Shown here one piece after another: positions 13,088 to 25,120 of a DNA stretch of 64,000 nucleotides; the stretch's first letter is position 1, and each line of letters begins with the position of its first letter. The stretch is from Basidiobolus meristosporus CBS 931.73. Taxonomy: Eukaryota > Fungi > Basidiobolomycota. Both the position numbers and the translations under genes were made by a program. The stretch covers positions 1 to 64,000 of the forward strand of contig MCFE01000391.1 in assembly GCA_002104905.1 (NCBI GenBank). Reading direction: 5' to 3'. The notes beneath the pieces were generated by a model. It was not told the DNA's origin. It worked only from the letters and a program-made list of their open reading frames with translations, and did no database searches.

Positions 13088-14241
13088 ATGTTGGATCTGT
13101 TTGAGTTCTTGCCAAATAATTTCAGTATGGCCCAATTGTCTATGATAAGCCTTCATACAGATATTTGGGCACTACTGACTAATCCAGCAGAACTAGATAC
13201 CTTGGGCAGTTGACAGAGATGGAAGAACCTGAGTAGAAAGCTGTGGCATAAGTTTGACATCAAGATGCCAGCAGATGTATGTAAGAAGATATATAACAAG
13301 ACAAGTATTGAAATCAAGAATGAGCTGAGAGTGAGGGGATTTGATGAGGAAGCCACACAGGAACAATTGTGTGAGCAATTTGCTCAGTACCGGCTGGATG
13401 CATCTATTTGTGCCTCAACATTGGGAACCAAAGAGATTTTGAATGAGTTTTTGCCTCAAATGACTAATGTATTATGTGATATATTAGTAGAGTTAAGTTG
13501 CTTCCAAGAGCAATATACACAGGACTCATCCAGGCAATAGTTGCAAAGAATTAAACAGAGGGTAAGTGAATACCTTGAGGAATCAGAAGGTGAGCTTCAA
13601 GAGGAAAAATACAGACCGCCAGCAATATTGTCTAGATTGCACCAGTATGCCTTGCTGGACTCCTTACCATCCCTTGCAACTCCAGTGTGCCAGTGCATGT
13701 CAGTCCAAACTATGCCAAGACCCTTCACAAGAGCGTCCCACATTGACTCAATGCGTATTGGGTCAATGCACACTTCAGAGCAAAACCACCAGAACCCACC
13801 AAACTGCTCAAAGAGGACACAAGTCCATTGGAGCGGGCCAAGTTGTGTCAACAAGCGGCATCACACCAAACTCAGCCAAGGGCCATGCTTGCGCACCAAG
13901 TTGCATCTTTGCGTGCCATTACACCTGACTATCAGCAAGTTTCTTCTTGTGAACTGACTGATGATGACCCACATGAAGTGCCTCCACCATCAGAGCCTTT
14001 GGCAAGTAAAAGAATGCGCCAGCACATAGCACTGCAGGCCAGCTCAGTTGCATCATCTGGAGCAATTTAGCATGGCCAAGCTGCAGCATTGCACTCATCA
14101 ACTAGGAGGTAAAATACTAACTACAAACACATAAGTAGCCAAGAGGATAGTCAACAAGAAAATAGTTTAAGTGTGCAAAGTGAATCACTACCAAATGCTT
14201 CAGTAGTAATCCCTGTGAGAAAAAAGCCTAGGAGAAGATGA
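13088..14241 (+). pseudogene. Transposon ORF2 (accessory protein, at least 359 codons, GT-AG intron at 13562-13635; true start may be further upstream)
   Basis: Splicing AGG|GTAAGT...CTAG|ATT joins two separate long frames in phase. The product ends in RKKPRRR. The same intron is present in copy B. Confidence 0.7.
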
Positions 14242-17200
14242 TGCAATTGCATTGAATTGCTATTATTTGTAATGATCCAAGCAACGCATTTTTTTTGCAA
14301 TCCGCATCAAGCTGTTGCAAACTAACAATCACTAAATTTCTGATATAAGCAATATTAAGGTTTCTCACATTTGAGACATAACCCCTTTAAATAAACACCC
14401 TGCATATGTATACATCATATGTGGCACCAGTGCAGCCATTTGATCTGGTTTGCACCATATGATTGGTTGCATGCTGACTATGACACATTGTCCAATTGCT
14501 GGGATCAGGGATTTACTTGCTTAATGGGCAAAATGGGATATTTGTTGGCAAATCAGCTAGCTTGTGTATTGGTCAAAGAGCCAATTGGGGGCTGAAAGCT
14601 TCAGGATACTTTGGACCTATTACCCACTGAGATACCATCCAATTGGAGTGATGGTAACCAAAATGGTAAGTATCAGTGTATTTTATAGTGTGATACGCAT
14701 TTATTTCCATTTATATTCAAGAAACATATCCAAATACTGGATTTTACCTATCATAATAGTGGTATCTGATTGCGCACAGGATGCAAACATTACAAGTGGG
14801 CACAATCATTCATGCCAACCTCATTGTGTCAGATTGTGCCATAGTGTTCAAGATTGTCCCACATGGTGCAAAATAGTCCAAGAGCAATGCTGCCTACTGG
14901 TAGCTACAATATTGCACCCAATTGTTCTATTGCGCCCAAGTGTTCTTAGAGACTGTGGATTTTGCCATGCGCCCTGGCACAGTACAATGGAACAAGTCTA
15001 ATAAGTACCCTATACCTTGGATCATCAAGCTTTTGGACCAACTCAATGGAGCCACCATTTTCTGCAAGATTGACCTCATGTCAGGATACAACCAGATCAA
15101 GGTGAGGCCAGAAGACATCCCTAAGACAGCATTCAGGACCAGATATGCACAATATGAGTACTTAGTCATGAGTTTTGGCCTCACCAATGCCCCTGCAACA
15201 TTCATGACCCTGATGCAGACTGTCTTCTGGGAGTACTTAGACATGTTTGTGATAATCTACCTCAAGGATATATTGATAGACAGCAAGACAGAAGAGGATC
15301 ACTCAGTGCACATTAAAAAGGTCTTGAAGAAGCTAAGAGAAAAAGCTGTATGGCAAGCCACTCAAGTGTGGATTCTTCAAGGAACACATTGAATATCTGG
15401 GACACATAGTGACTAGCACAGGAGTAACCTTAGACCCTAAGATGGTGAAGTTATCAAGAATCTGAAGCAGCCCCATAGCATATCAGAGCTCAGATCATTC
15501 CTTAGAATGGTTTCCTATTATTGGAGATTTGTCAAGTCCTTTGCAAGTATTGCAGCCCCTTTAAGTGATATCCTCAAGAAAGACAATACCTGCAAGTGGG
15601 ACATAGCTTGTGAAACTGCCTTCCAGACGCTCAAGAATGAGCTTGCTGAGCTGCTAAGCTTAAGAATACCTGACTTCAGAAAAGAGTTTACTCTGTGCCC
15701 AGATGCTTCAGATTATGCAATTGGTGGAGTGTTGAGCCAAGAACACAAGGGAAAGGACTACTCTGTTGCCTTTGAATCCAAGAAACTGAACTCAGCAGAG
15801 CAATACTATCCAGTGCATGAGATGGAGATGCTTGCTATGATACACTGTTTGACAACATGGAGATGCTATATTGAAGGAGTCAAATGCACTGTGAAGACTG
15901 ATCATGCCTCCCTCAAGTATGAAATTTACTCAGAGAGTACTCTCTAAAAGAATGACAAGATGGAGTGAGTACATTCAGCAATTTGACTTGGAGATTCTCT
16001 ACTGCCCTGGAAAAAACAACAAAGTTGCTGATACCTTATCAAGATTAGAACAAGTTGCACAACTCAACTTGGTGCATGAATCAAATTGGACTAGCCTATT
16101 ACCAAAGTACTAGGAGGACCAAGTTATTCCTAATGTGGTGGATGAAGATATCAAGAAGATTATCAGGGATGAAGCCAGCAAATTTGTAGTACAGGATGAA
16201 ACACTCTACCAGATTGTTGATGGAAACCTTATTGCCTATTGCCCTTATGTTTCTTGCCTGAATGTAATACATAAGCTACACAATGGATATGGACATCTTG
16301 GAATTGAAGGAACCTATAGCCTTGTGAAAGCCAGAGCATGGTGGCTCAGAATGAAGCATGACATTGCGAAGCTAGTGAAAACATGCCCAAATTGCCAAAT
16401 CAACCAAGGCCAACCACAGAAAATTGCTGAACACTTTCCCCTTGGAGCCTGTAAGACCATTCAAAAGATTGGTAATTTACTTTATTGGAAGACTGCCAAC
16501 TACCTGGAAATGCAACCATTGGATCCTAGTAGCAATTGACCATGCCACTAAATGGCCAGTGGCTAAAGCTGTACCTATAGCTAGTGAACAAGAAGTTGCA
16601 AGTTTCATCTACTATGAGATCCTTATGAAGTTTGGTTGCACTATAGAGATTCTATCTGATAGAGGTGCAAACTTTATGGCAAAGACACTGGAAACTTACC
16701 TGGAAATGCAGTAGATCAAGCACTTGAAAACCTTGGCATATCACCCCGTAACTAATGGAGTCACCAAATGGTTTAATGAATTATTTAGAAAAATTCTGGC
16801 CAAGTATGCAAATGAAGTTATCAGTAGATGGGATGAGTATATAGACCAAGCACTCTTTGCATGCAGAGTCAGAGTACACAACGCCACCCAACAATTGCCA
16901 TTTTACTTGGTGTATGGATGTAGACCAAGGTTTTCAGGAGATCTCACTCAACCAAAGCTTACAGACACCTTAGAAGATGAACTTAGTCAGCCAAGTAGAC
17001 ACCAGCAACTGGAACAAAGATGTCAAGAGGCAAAGAGCAATTATCTCAAAGTGCAGAAAATATGAAGCAGAGATTTGATAAAACTATAGCACCAGAAGCA
17101 TTGACAGTTGGGAACTTTGTATTGCTGAGAAACAACACTTGGAAGAAGTTTGAGCCACAATGGACAGGACCATTCAAGATCATCAGAGAATGTCTGTTTG

Positions 17201-17362
17201 CAACTTACCAACTGGTGGACTAACAAGGCAATATCCGGGAAGACTTAGTGCATAGGGACAGACTCAAGCTTGCAAGACTTGTTGATAATACTGAACCATC
17301 AAGATATTGGTATCACAAGAAAAGAGATTCAGGAGAACCCTCTCAACTTCAGTTGGGGAGAA

Positions 17363-17731
17363 TGTTTTGATCTGCTGCTTGAATGTTTAAGTTAGATCAT
17401 TTTTTAGTCAAATGAATTAGTTATGTGTTTAGCTTATCAGTATGTCAGTATTATCTATCAGATCAGTAGCATTAGTCAGCAAATGAATTCACAGATCCTT
17501 ATCACACAGAAAAAGATATTTTAAGTAGGATTTTATTGGGTGATGATGATGCAATCAAATGACTCATCAGCCACAGACTACACTAGAAAGTACAATTAGT
17601 CAGCAATTGATCTGGCAAAATGTATATAAGGATCTGCCAGAACCTCAATACAGATCAGCTCAAGTTTTAGTGAATACAATACTAGCTAAACTCCCTATTC
17701 CTCTACAAATGTTATACCAAGACTAGTAACA
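17363..17731 (+). repeat. Gypsy A 3' LTR, preceded by polypurine tract GGGGAGAA (17355-17362)
   Basis: Starts TGTT, ends AACA and repeats 9580-9947. Confidence 0.92.
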
Positions 17732-18595
17732 ACCGGTTTCTAAGATAGCTGCTGGTTTGTATCACTGCCTGGTCCTTGACTGCTAATTTAACTAAGTGCT
17801 TTTTAAGTTGTTGTGCAGGTGAATCCATTTTTACCTGCTTGACCCTTATTGGCATTCTTCCTGCTGCCTGACATCTCCTTGAGTCTTGTATAGAGCTCTT
17901 GGCCTGGCTTGCAATGGGCTCTTGAGGATGTTGTAGCAATTTGTAATTCCATCTATATATTAGACTTGTTCCATTGTACTGTGCCAGGGTGCGTGGCACA
18001 ATCTGCAGTCTCTAAGAACAATTGGGTGCAATATTGTAGCTACCAGTAGGCAGCATTGCTCTTGGACAATTTTGCACCATGTGGGACAATCTTGCACACT
18101 ACGGCACAATCTGATACAATGAGGTTGGCATGAATGATTGTGCCCACTTGTAATGTTTGCATCACATGCACAATTGGATATTGCTATTATGGTAAGTAAA
18201 ATCCGGTATTTGGCTATGTTTCTTTAATGTAAATGGAAATAAATGCGTATCACACTATAAACTACACTGATACTAACCATTTTGGCTACCATCACTCCAA
18301 TTGGATGGTATCTCAGTAATTAACTGGTTGCAAAGTATCCTGAAGCTTTCAGCCCCCAATTGGCTCTTTGACCAATACAAATGCTACCTGATTTGTCATC
18401 AAATATCCCATTTTGCCCATTAAGCAAGTAAATTAATGATCTCAGTGATTGGACAAGGTGTCATAGATAGCATGCAACCAATTGTATCGATGCAAATCAG
18501 AACAAATGGCTGTACTGGTGCCACAGATGATGTATACATATGCAGGGTGTTTATTTATAGGGGTCCTGTCTCAAATGTGAGACAACCTTAATATT

Positions 18596-19329
18596 AGACT
18601 TGTTCCGTTGGATAGTGCCACATTGAGCCATGAGTGCCAAATGATGCCATAGTGTGCCAGAGAGGCCAAGTGAGCCACTACCTGGCCACAGAGTGTGAAA
18701 CATAGCTCTGCATCTTCATGCAAAGTAGCCCCTGTGTTTCACCCATTGTGTTGGAGAAAATCCATTTTTTGAACTTTTTTTGTGGATCAATGTAACTCAG
18801 GATGTGTAAGTGCACAGCAGAACTGAAGATATGCATCTGGTACTCAATACCCATGGCACTCTGTATCTAGCTCCTGTAGCTTGTATCATGTCACAAAAAT
18901 GAATGGCACTATCTTGGTCCACTGGTACTATCTGGCACTATAAGTGCTTTGTATAGATCTTAATTTAGGCCTAATATTTAAATATAGTGCCAGATAGTAC
19001 CAGTGGACCAAGATAGTGCCATTCATTTTTGTGACATGATACAAGCTACAGGAGCTAGATGCAGAGTGCCATGGGTATTGAGTACCAGATGCATATCTTC
19101 AGTTCTCCTGTGCTCTTACACATCCTGAGTTACATTGATCCACAAAAAAAGTTCAAAAAATGGATTTTCTCCTGCGCAATGGGTGAAACACAGGGGCTGC
19201 TTTACATGAAGATGCAGAGCTATGTTTCACACTCTGTGGCCAAGTATAGGCTCACTTTACCTCTCTGGCACACTATGGCATCATTTGGCACTCATGGCTC
19301 AATGTGGCACTATCCAACGGAACAAGTCT
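18596..19329. mobile_element. Foldback non-autonomous element (two roughly 347-bp inverted arms, 40-bp spacer)
   Basis: Arms 18596-18942 and 18983-19329 are near-perfect reverse complements. ATT is duplicated (18593-95, 19330-32), and the empty site is visible in copy A near 14350. Confidence 0.93.
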
Positions 19330-19442
19330 ATTGCTTATTTCAAGAATTTAGTGATCACTGATTTGCAATGGCTCAATGTGGATTGCAAAAACAAATGCGT
19401 TGTTTGGATCATTACAATTAATAGCAATTCAATGCAATTGCA

Positions 19443-20596
19443 TCATCTTCTCCTAGGCTTTTTTCTCACAGGGATTACTACTGAAGCATTTGGTAGTGAT
19501 TCACTTTGCACACTTAAACTACTTTCTTGTTGACTATCCTCTTGGCTACTTGTGTATTTGTAGTCAGTATTCTGCCTCCTAGTTGATAAGTGCAATGCTG
19601 CAGCTTGGCCGTGCTCAATTGCTCCAGATGCTGCAACTGAGCTGGCCTGCAGTGCTATGTGCTGACACATTCTTTTACTTGCCAAAGGCTCTGGTAGTGG
19701 AGGCACTTCATGTGGGTCATCATCTGTCAGTTCACAAGAAGAAATTTGCTGATGGTCAGGTGTAATGGCACACAAAGATGCAACTTGATGCGCTGGCCTG
19801 GCCCTTGGCTGAGGTCAATGTGATGCCGCTTGTTGATGCAACTTGGCCTGCTCCAATGGGCATGTGTCTTTTTGAGCAATTTGGGGGTTCTGGTGGTTTT
19901 GCTCTAAAGCATGCGCATTGACCCAATATGAGTTGTATCAATGCGGGGCACTCTTGTGAAGAGTGTTGGTGTAGTTTGGACTGACGTGCACTGGTGCACT
20001 GAAATTGCAAGGGATGGTAAGGAATCCAGCAAGGCGTGCTGGCACAATCTAGACAATGTTGCTTGCGGTCTTTATTCCTCCTCTTAAAGCTCACCTTCTG
20101 ATTCCTCAAGGTATTCACTTACCCTCTGTCTAATACTTTGCAACTGTTGCCTGGATGAGTCCTGTGTATATTGCTTTTGGAAGCCACTTAGTTCTACTAA
20201 TATGTCATGTAATACATTGGTCATTTGAGGCAAAAACTCATTCAAAATCTCTTTGGTTCCCAAAGTTAAGGCACAAACGGACACATCAAGCCCATACTGT
20301 GCAAATTGCACGCAAAATTGTTCCCGCACGGCTTCCTCATCAAATCCCCTCACTCTCAGCTCATTCTTGATTTCAATACTTGTCTTGTTATATATCTTCT
20401 TACATACATCTGCTGGCATCTTGATGTAGAACTTGTGCCACAGCTTTCTACTCAGGTTCTTCCATTTCTGTTGACTCTTCAAGGTATCTAGTTCTGCTAG
20501 ATTAATGAGTAGTGCCCAAATATCTGTATGAAGGCTCATTATAGACACCTGGGCCATACTGAAATTATTTGGCAAGAACTCAAACAGATCCAACAT
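19443..20596 (-). pseudogene. Transposon ORF2, copy B (intron 20049-20122)
   Basis: Exon lengths of 474 and 606 nt and a 74-nt intron, identical to copy A. Small compensating indels and stops are present. Confidence 0.7.
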
Positions 20597-21043
20597 TGCC
20601 TTTTCTGGTCCAGACTGTGCTTGTGAGCAGGGAATGGGTTTTGTCTGGGTTGAGCTAAAGAGGAGGTGAGACTTGGTATAGGGAGCATAGTGATGGATTT
20701 GGATACTTATACAGTGGTGTATTGGCATCAACCTGGTCTTATATGATATATATGAAAACTAATGAGATTGTTGAATTTTTCATACATTATGCATGATGCA
20801 TCTTGGATCACATTTACACAGATCAGATCACATCAATTGCAGATTTCCTATTTGATTTTAGACATGTGAGTAAAACATCAATAAAAATACCCAATCATTA
20901 TTTGAGGATGATTTTTGCAACATAATGATGGGATACATGGCAATTTATAGAGATTTAATCATAATTGATGGAAAATGAGATAAATAAAGCTGATTGCGCC
21001 AAATTGAATCAAATCATATCAGCGCAATCCTCCCAACTCTGAT

Positions 21044-21928
21044 ATGACTTACTCTTCTGAATGGTCTTTTCTCATCAATCCTGTTGCTACCACTGGATTT
21101 CCTTTTGACACACTACAGGAGATCTATACCAAGTACTGTGGACCATCTACTCCAATCTACTCAAGGAGATCCCTTGTTAAGCTACTCTGCTATTACAAGA
21201 ACTATTACCCTTCAAGGTTTCATCCCACCATCCATGGCAACAAAAGTCCTAGAAGCTTGCATTCCCAGCTGACAGCAATGGAGAACCACCTTGCAGAGGG
21301 TATGAATGACTTAGAGCAAGCTTGGAGTACTAGGCTTAGAGGCTCCAATAGACTTCCATATCCCAGAGTGTTCAGCAACAGGCTCCATATAAGAAGTATT
21401 TTGGATGCCTTCCCAGTCAGGATTAACAGACCTTCTAGAGGGCAGAGGCACTTTTATTCTGGCAAGTACTAGGCACACTGTGTGATGTTTCAAGCACAGT
21501 CTGACATTGAGGGTAACATCATCTGGTTTAGTGGGTCATTTGCTGGAAGTAGGCATGACAAAGCACTCTGGGTGGAGGATTATCCAGAATTCAGTAGAGG
21601 GGAGAAACGTATGGCAGACTTAGCTTATATAGGAGAGGATTGTCAGATATTAGGATGTATTACAGCTTATAGAAAGCCAAGGAATGGTGTGCTTAGCAGG
21701 AAGCAGAAGCTCTACAATGAGATACTTAATTGTTTCAGAGTGAGGGTAGAGCATACATTTGGATATGTGAAGAGATTCAGCATATTGGCAGGTAAATACA
21801 GAGGAAAGTTATATATAGGAGAAAACAGCAGAATAGGTAAAATAGTTAAGATACTTATCAATGCACAGTATACTCATTCAAGAAGACACCCACTGAGAGA
21901 AATATGTCTGGAGCATTATGAAGAGTAA
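21044..21928 (+). pseudogene. DDE_Tnp_4-like transposase, copy B (294 codons, one in-frame TAG at 21470-72)
   Basis: ORFs 21044-21472 and 21482-21928 share a frame. Motifs ILDAFP, YSGKY, GSRHD, ADLAY and RVEH are present. Confidence 0.92.
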
Positions 21929-22418
21929 ATAAAGCAAGGAAAGCGCTACTCTGAGCAACATAAGTAAAATTGAGTAAAATTATCACTAACTATAACCTAC
22001 CACTGGCATGATGGTAGAAATTATAGTGCCAGATAGTGCCAGATTGATCCGGCACCATAAACAGGCTGGCACTATGTGGCACTATCCAACAGAATAAGTC
22101 TATTCACCAAACTTGGTCACTTTGACCAATACCTCCAAATCCTAGAGAATGCTTACCAAAATCCTTGCTGGGTTTTACTTGAACACTTTCACCAAAATAT
22201 TGGGTAGCCAGAACATGAAAATTCTCAAAGTTATTCAAACTGCCCCAATCTTTGCACACATGCTTTTAGGACATTCCTAAGCCTATCCTACATGTTTTGT
22301 ATGCCAAGACCTTCTAAATTTATAAATATTAATTTTACATTGAATAAATAAAGAAGTGAAAACCACATAATCTACTTGTTTTCCCAATCTCTTCCAATAT
22401 CTCCAAGACTCTACAACA

Positions 22419-22430
22419 GAATATGAGCCC
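22419..22430 (+). promoter_or_regulatory. Degenerate half-tRNA-iMet primer-binding site (GAATATGAGCCC versus GGTTATGAGCCC)
   Basis: Directly follows the LTR end CAACA. 10 of 12 nt are complementary to the anticodon arm GGGCUCAUAACC of fungal initiator tRNA. Confidence 0.6.
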
Positions 22431-23854
22431 CATTCTGTCACTCTTTGCAATGTCTACTACTGCTATTACTGGAATTTTTCCTTCTGCTGAAAAACTGAAT
22501 TGATATTAAAACCAAGTGAGGAAGATGAAGATGAATAAGCTGCTACAAGAAAGAGGCCTTTGGGATATTTTCATGGGAGAGGGATACCCTCCTAAAAACA
22601 TGGGAGAGGAAGCCTTAAAATACCAGAAGAAAGAACAAAGTGCCTTTAACTGCATTTGCCTTAATCTCAAATACAAATTGCTGATTCAATGCTCAAGAGC
22701 AAAAACAGTAAGGAATGCCTGAAGGCATTAGAAGACACCTGCCAGTCATGTTTAGCTGTAAAGGAAATGTATCTGAGACAAAAATTCTCTACTACAAAAA
22801 TGGGGCCAGGAGTAGAAATGCATAATCCAACCAACTGAATTACCCTGATGGTGCATGAGGTAGAATCTGTGGGAGTACCAGCTACTAATGAGGGTGTAAT
22901 AGCAATCACCCTGAATAGCCTGATAGACAAGTTCCAGGGCCTTGTATCAGCCCTAGAGTCCAGAACTCAATGTTTGACCTAATATTATGTATATGGAAGG
23001 CTCCTAGATGAAGAATTAAGAAAATCAAGCGTCAATAAGCAGGAAGAAGTAAATGCTTTAATAAGCAAGTATAACCAATAAAGAAGATACCCAAGACCTT
23101 TCAAATGCAATAACAACCTCTTTTGCACCTACTGCAAAAGGAAAGGACACATGTTGGACTGGTGCTTCAAAAAGAAAGATATTCACTAAAAAAAGCCTGA
23201 ATATGGAAAAGCTGCAACAACTGAAGACAGCCTATTCATATCTTCACTAGATATGACCACAAACAAGGACTCTCAGAAGTGGTGTGTTGACTCTGGAGCA
23301 TCTCAACACTTTATACACCAAAAAGAACTTTTTACCCAATATCAACAAATTCCAATCAAGAAGGGTTTCATTTGTGACAAAAGTATACCTGAAACTGTGG
23401 GAGAAGGAACTATCTGAGTAAACCCTGGACACAGTGAAGGAAGCCATAAGCTGACCTTTAAAGAAGTACTCTTTGTATCAGAAATAGCCAAGAACCTACT
23501 ATCTGTAAGCAAGGGCACAGTAGAAGGATGGAGCTTCAGCTTTAACAATTATGGATGCAGGATCTCTGATCAAGATGGTGCTCATATTGCTTTAGGTATC
23601 AGGAATCAGTGTCTGTATGAGTTGGCTAATATTCCATCATATCTGGAAGCCAATATAAGTAACTTGAATGAAGAAATACCAATACATTGGCATAAGAGAT
23701 TTGGACACATCAATCTTGATCATTTCAAAAATGATATAAGATCAGCTAATTTCTGGAGTAAAAATTGACCACTCCACTAATTTGGAGCACTGTGAAACCT
23801 GCAAATATGAGAAACCTGCCAGACAACTGTTCAAGACCTCTGAGTTTGTAACAG

Positions 23855-25110
23855 GACTTAAGCAGCTATACCACAAGCATAAAGCTAAATACGTAGGTCT
23901 CTGCTGCTACTGTATCCATTCTCCACTATATCTTGCATGGTGAATGGAAGATATTGAGCCTTGCTTCACCTTTAGGGAGGTTCCCATGGAGTGGATGTGT
24001 GGGGAGATAGGAAGACAAGTCAAGTTTCATGTACTATTATAATCCAATTGCATCAAGAGTATTACCTTCAAGTTTGTCATGGATGTGATGAGTTGGCATA
24101 TGGAGGACAGCCAGGAAGAGTTGAAAACGCTGAGGAAAGATGTGCACATAGAGGCACCTATGCCTATGGCATTAAGAAGCTAAGCCACCCCAATAAGTGG
24201 GTAATCAGTCAAGTAATTCAAAGTTGGATTGGGTGCAACAAGCAACTAATTCTTATTGAGAAAACTCTACCACAGTATGCCAGATTTCTCTTGGTCTCAT
24301 GCCAATTTCCACATTATTCAATACAGAATTCACACAAACAAGAGCCAGAGTGCACCTATAAAGGCAACTAGAATCCAGCAGGGAGAAGGAATATATTGGC
24401 TGAGTACCATAAAGTTCCTTGCAGATTTTCAGGAAGTATTCATGACAGAAGTAGCGGCAACCAAGCATATGTTTGCAAGATGTGTATGTTACCAGCAATA
24501 CAAGGTATATGGCAACTTTGCAAGTATCACACTAGAAAGCTGTAAAGTTGAGGTTGTAGAAGTATGTCAATTGTGGCAGGTGTGCATATTTGTAACGGTT
24601 AGTAAGCAGGAGGCCATAGTAGTTTTTGACTCAAACTGTATGTGGAATACCCAGGGTAGTATTGGGTGAGTAAATAAGGAAGGGTGATTCTAGAGTGTAA
24701 ATTTTGAAATGTGCAAGGGGAGGTAGCAAAAGGAAATACAGTTTGGTAAGTTGGTATGTTAGAGTTATACAGAACTAACTGCAGGCTCCCATACTGCAGT
24801 GATAGTGCCATCAGAAGCCTGCAATGAGGCCATCAAGACACAGTGAATTTTTTTGCCATAAGTGCAATTAGATGTACTGGCCAGTTAGATCTGCACAAAT
24901 AGTTGTAGAATGCACTAAGACTGCAACTATACTATGCCACTCTTGGCAAAACACCATCATGTTTTTTAATTTTATTGAGCTGTAAATTAGCCAAATGCAG
25001 TTGTGATCCTGTCATAAGATCAATTGATGGTCAATAATTCTAAGCTATTATACTGGCTGCCTTATGGGATCACGATGGCTGTTTCAGATTGGATTCCCCT
25101 GTGGGACTAA
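23855..25110 (+). repeat. Second copy of the 5330-6400 segment (3' part of the putative EnSpm-like element)
   Basis: Co-linear similarity, e.g. GCAGCTATAC..CAA.CATAAAGCTAAA, GGCATTAAGAAGCTAAGC and CAAACAAGAGCCAGAGTGCACCTATAA. Confidence 0.75.
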
Positions 25111-25120
25111 ATTATCTCAC

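Larger units (their letters stand above)
11574..14999 (-). mobile_element. PHIS-superfamily (Pangu-type) DNA transposon copy A, full length, 3426 bp
   Basis: Termini AGACTTG...CAAGTCT with AAT duplicated on both sides (11571-73, 15000-02). Removing the element and one AAT restores the Gypsy RT reading VKN-KYP. Confidence 0.92.
9580..17731 (+). mobile_element. Ty3/Gypsy family A element bounded by both LTRs, decayed and interrupted by a DNA transposon at 11574-14999
   Basis: LTR-PBS, then gag (WLFQIEE..ADAALQWY), Zn knuckle (NCHQQGHIAKYC), protease (IMIHSGA), RT ([24 protein letters not shown]; FGLTNAPATF), RNase H (DASDYAIGGVL; TDHASL), integrase (HNGYGHLG; SDRGANF; GPFKI), then PPT-LTR. No chromodomain seen. 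Confidence 0.95.
17962..22101 (+). mobile_element. Pangu-type PHIS transposon copy B, full length, opposite orientation to A, containing a nested foldback element
   Basis: Termini AGACTTGTTCC... and ...GAATAAGTCT with ATT duplicated (17959-61, 22102-04). Co-linear with the reverse complement of copy A. Confidence 0.92.
17929..23855 (+). mobile_element. Ty1/Copia 5' half (LTR split by transposon copy B, PBS, gag, protease, pre-integrase), truncated
   Basis: TGTTG at 17929 plus 22105-22418 (ends CAACA) rebuild a roughly 347-bp LTR matching 25747-26095. Also present: gag knuckle CTYCKRKGHMLDWC and protease WCVDSGASQHF. Confidence 0.88.

Noticed and set aside
9575-17736. Target-site duplication of Gypsy A
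   Set aside because: The flanks GACAG and ACCGG do not match convincingly, so no TSD is claimed.
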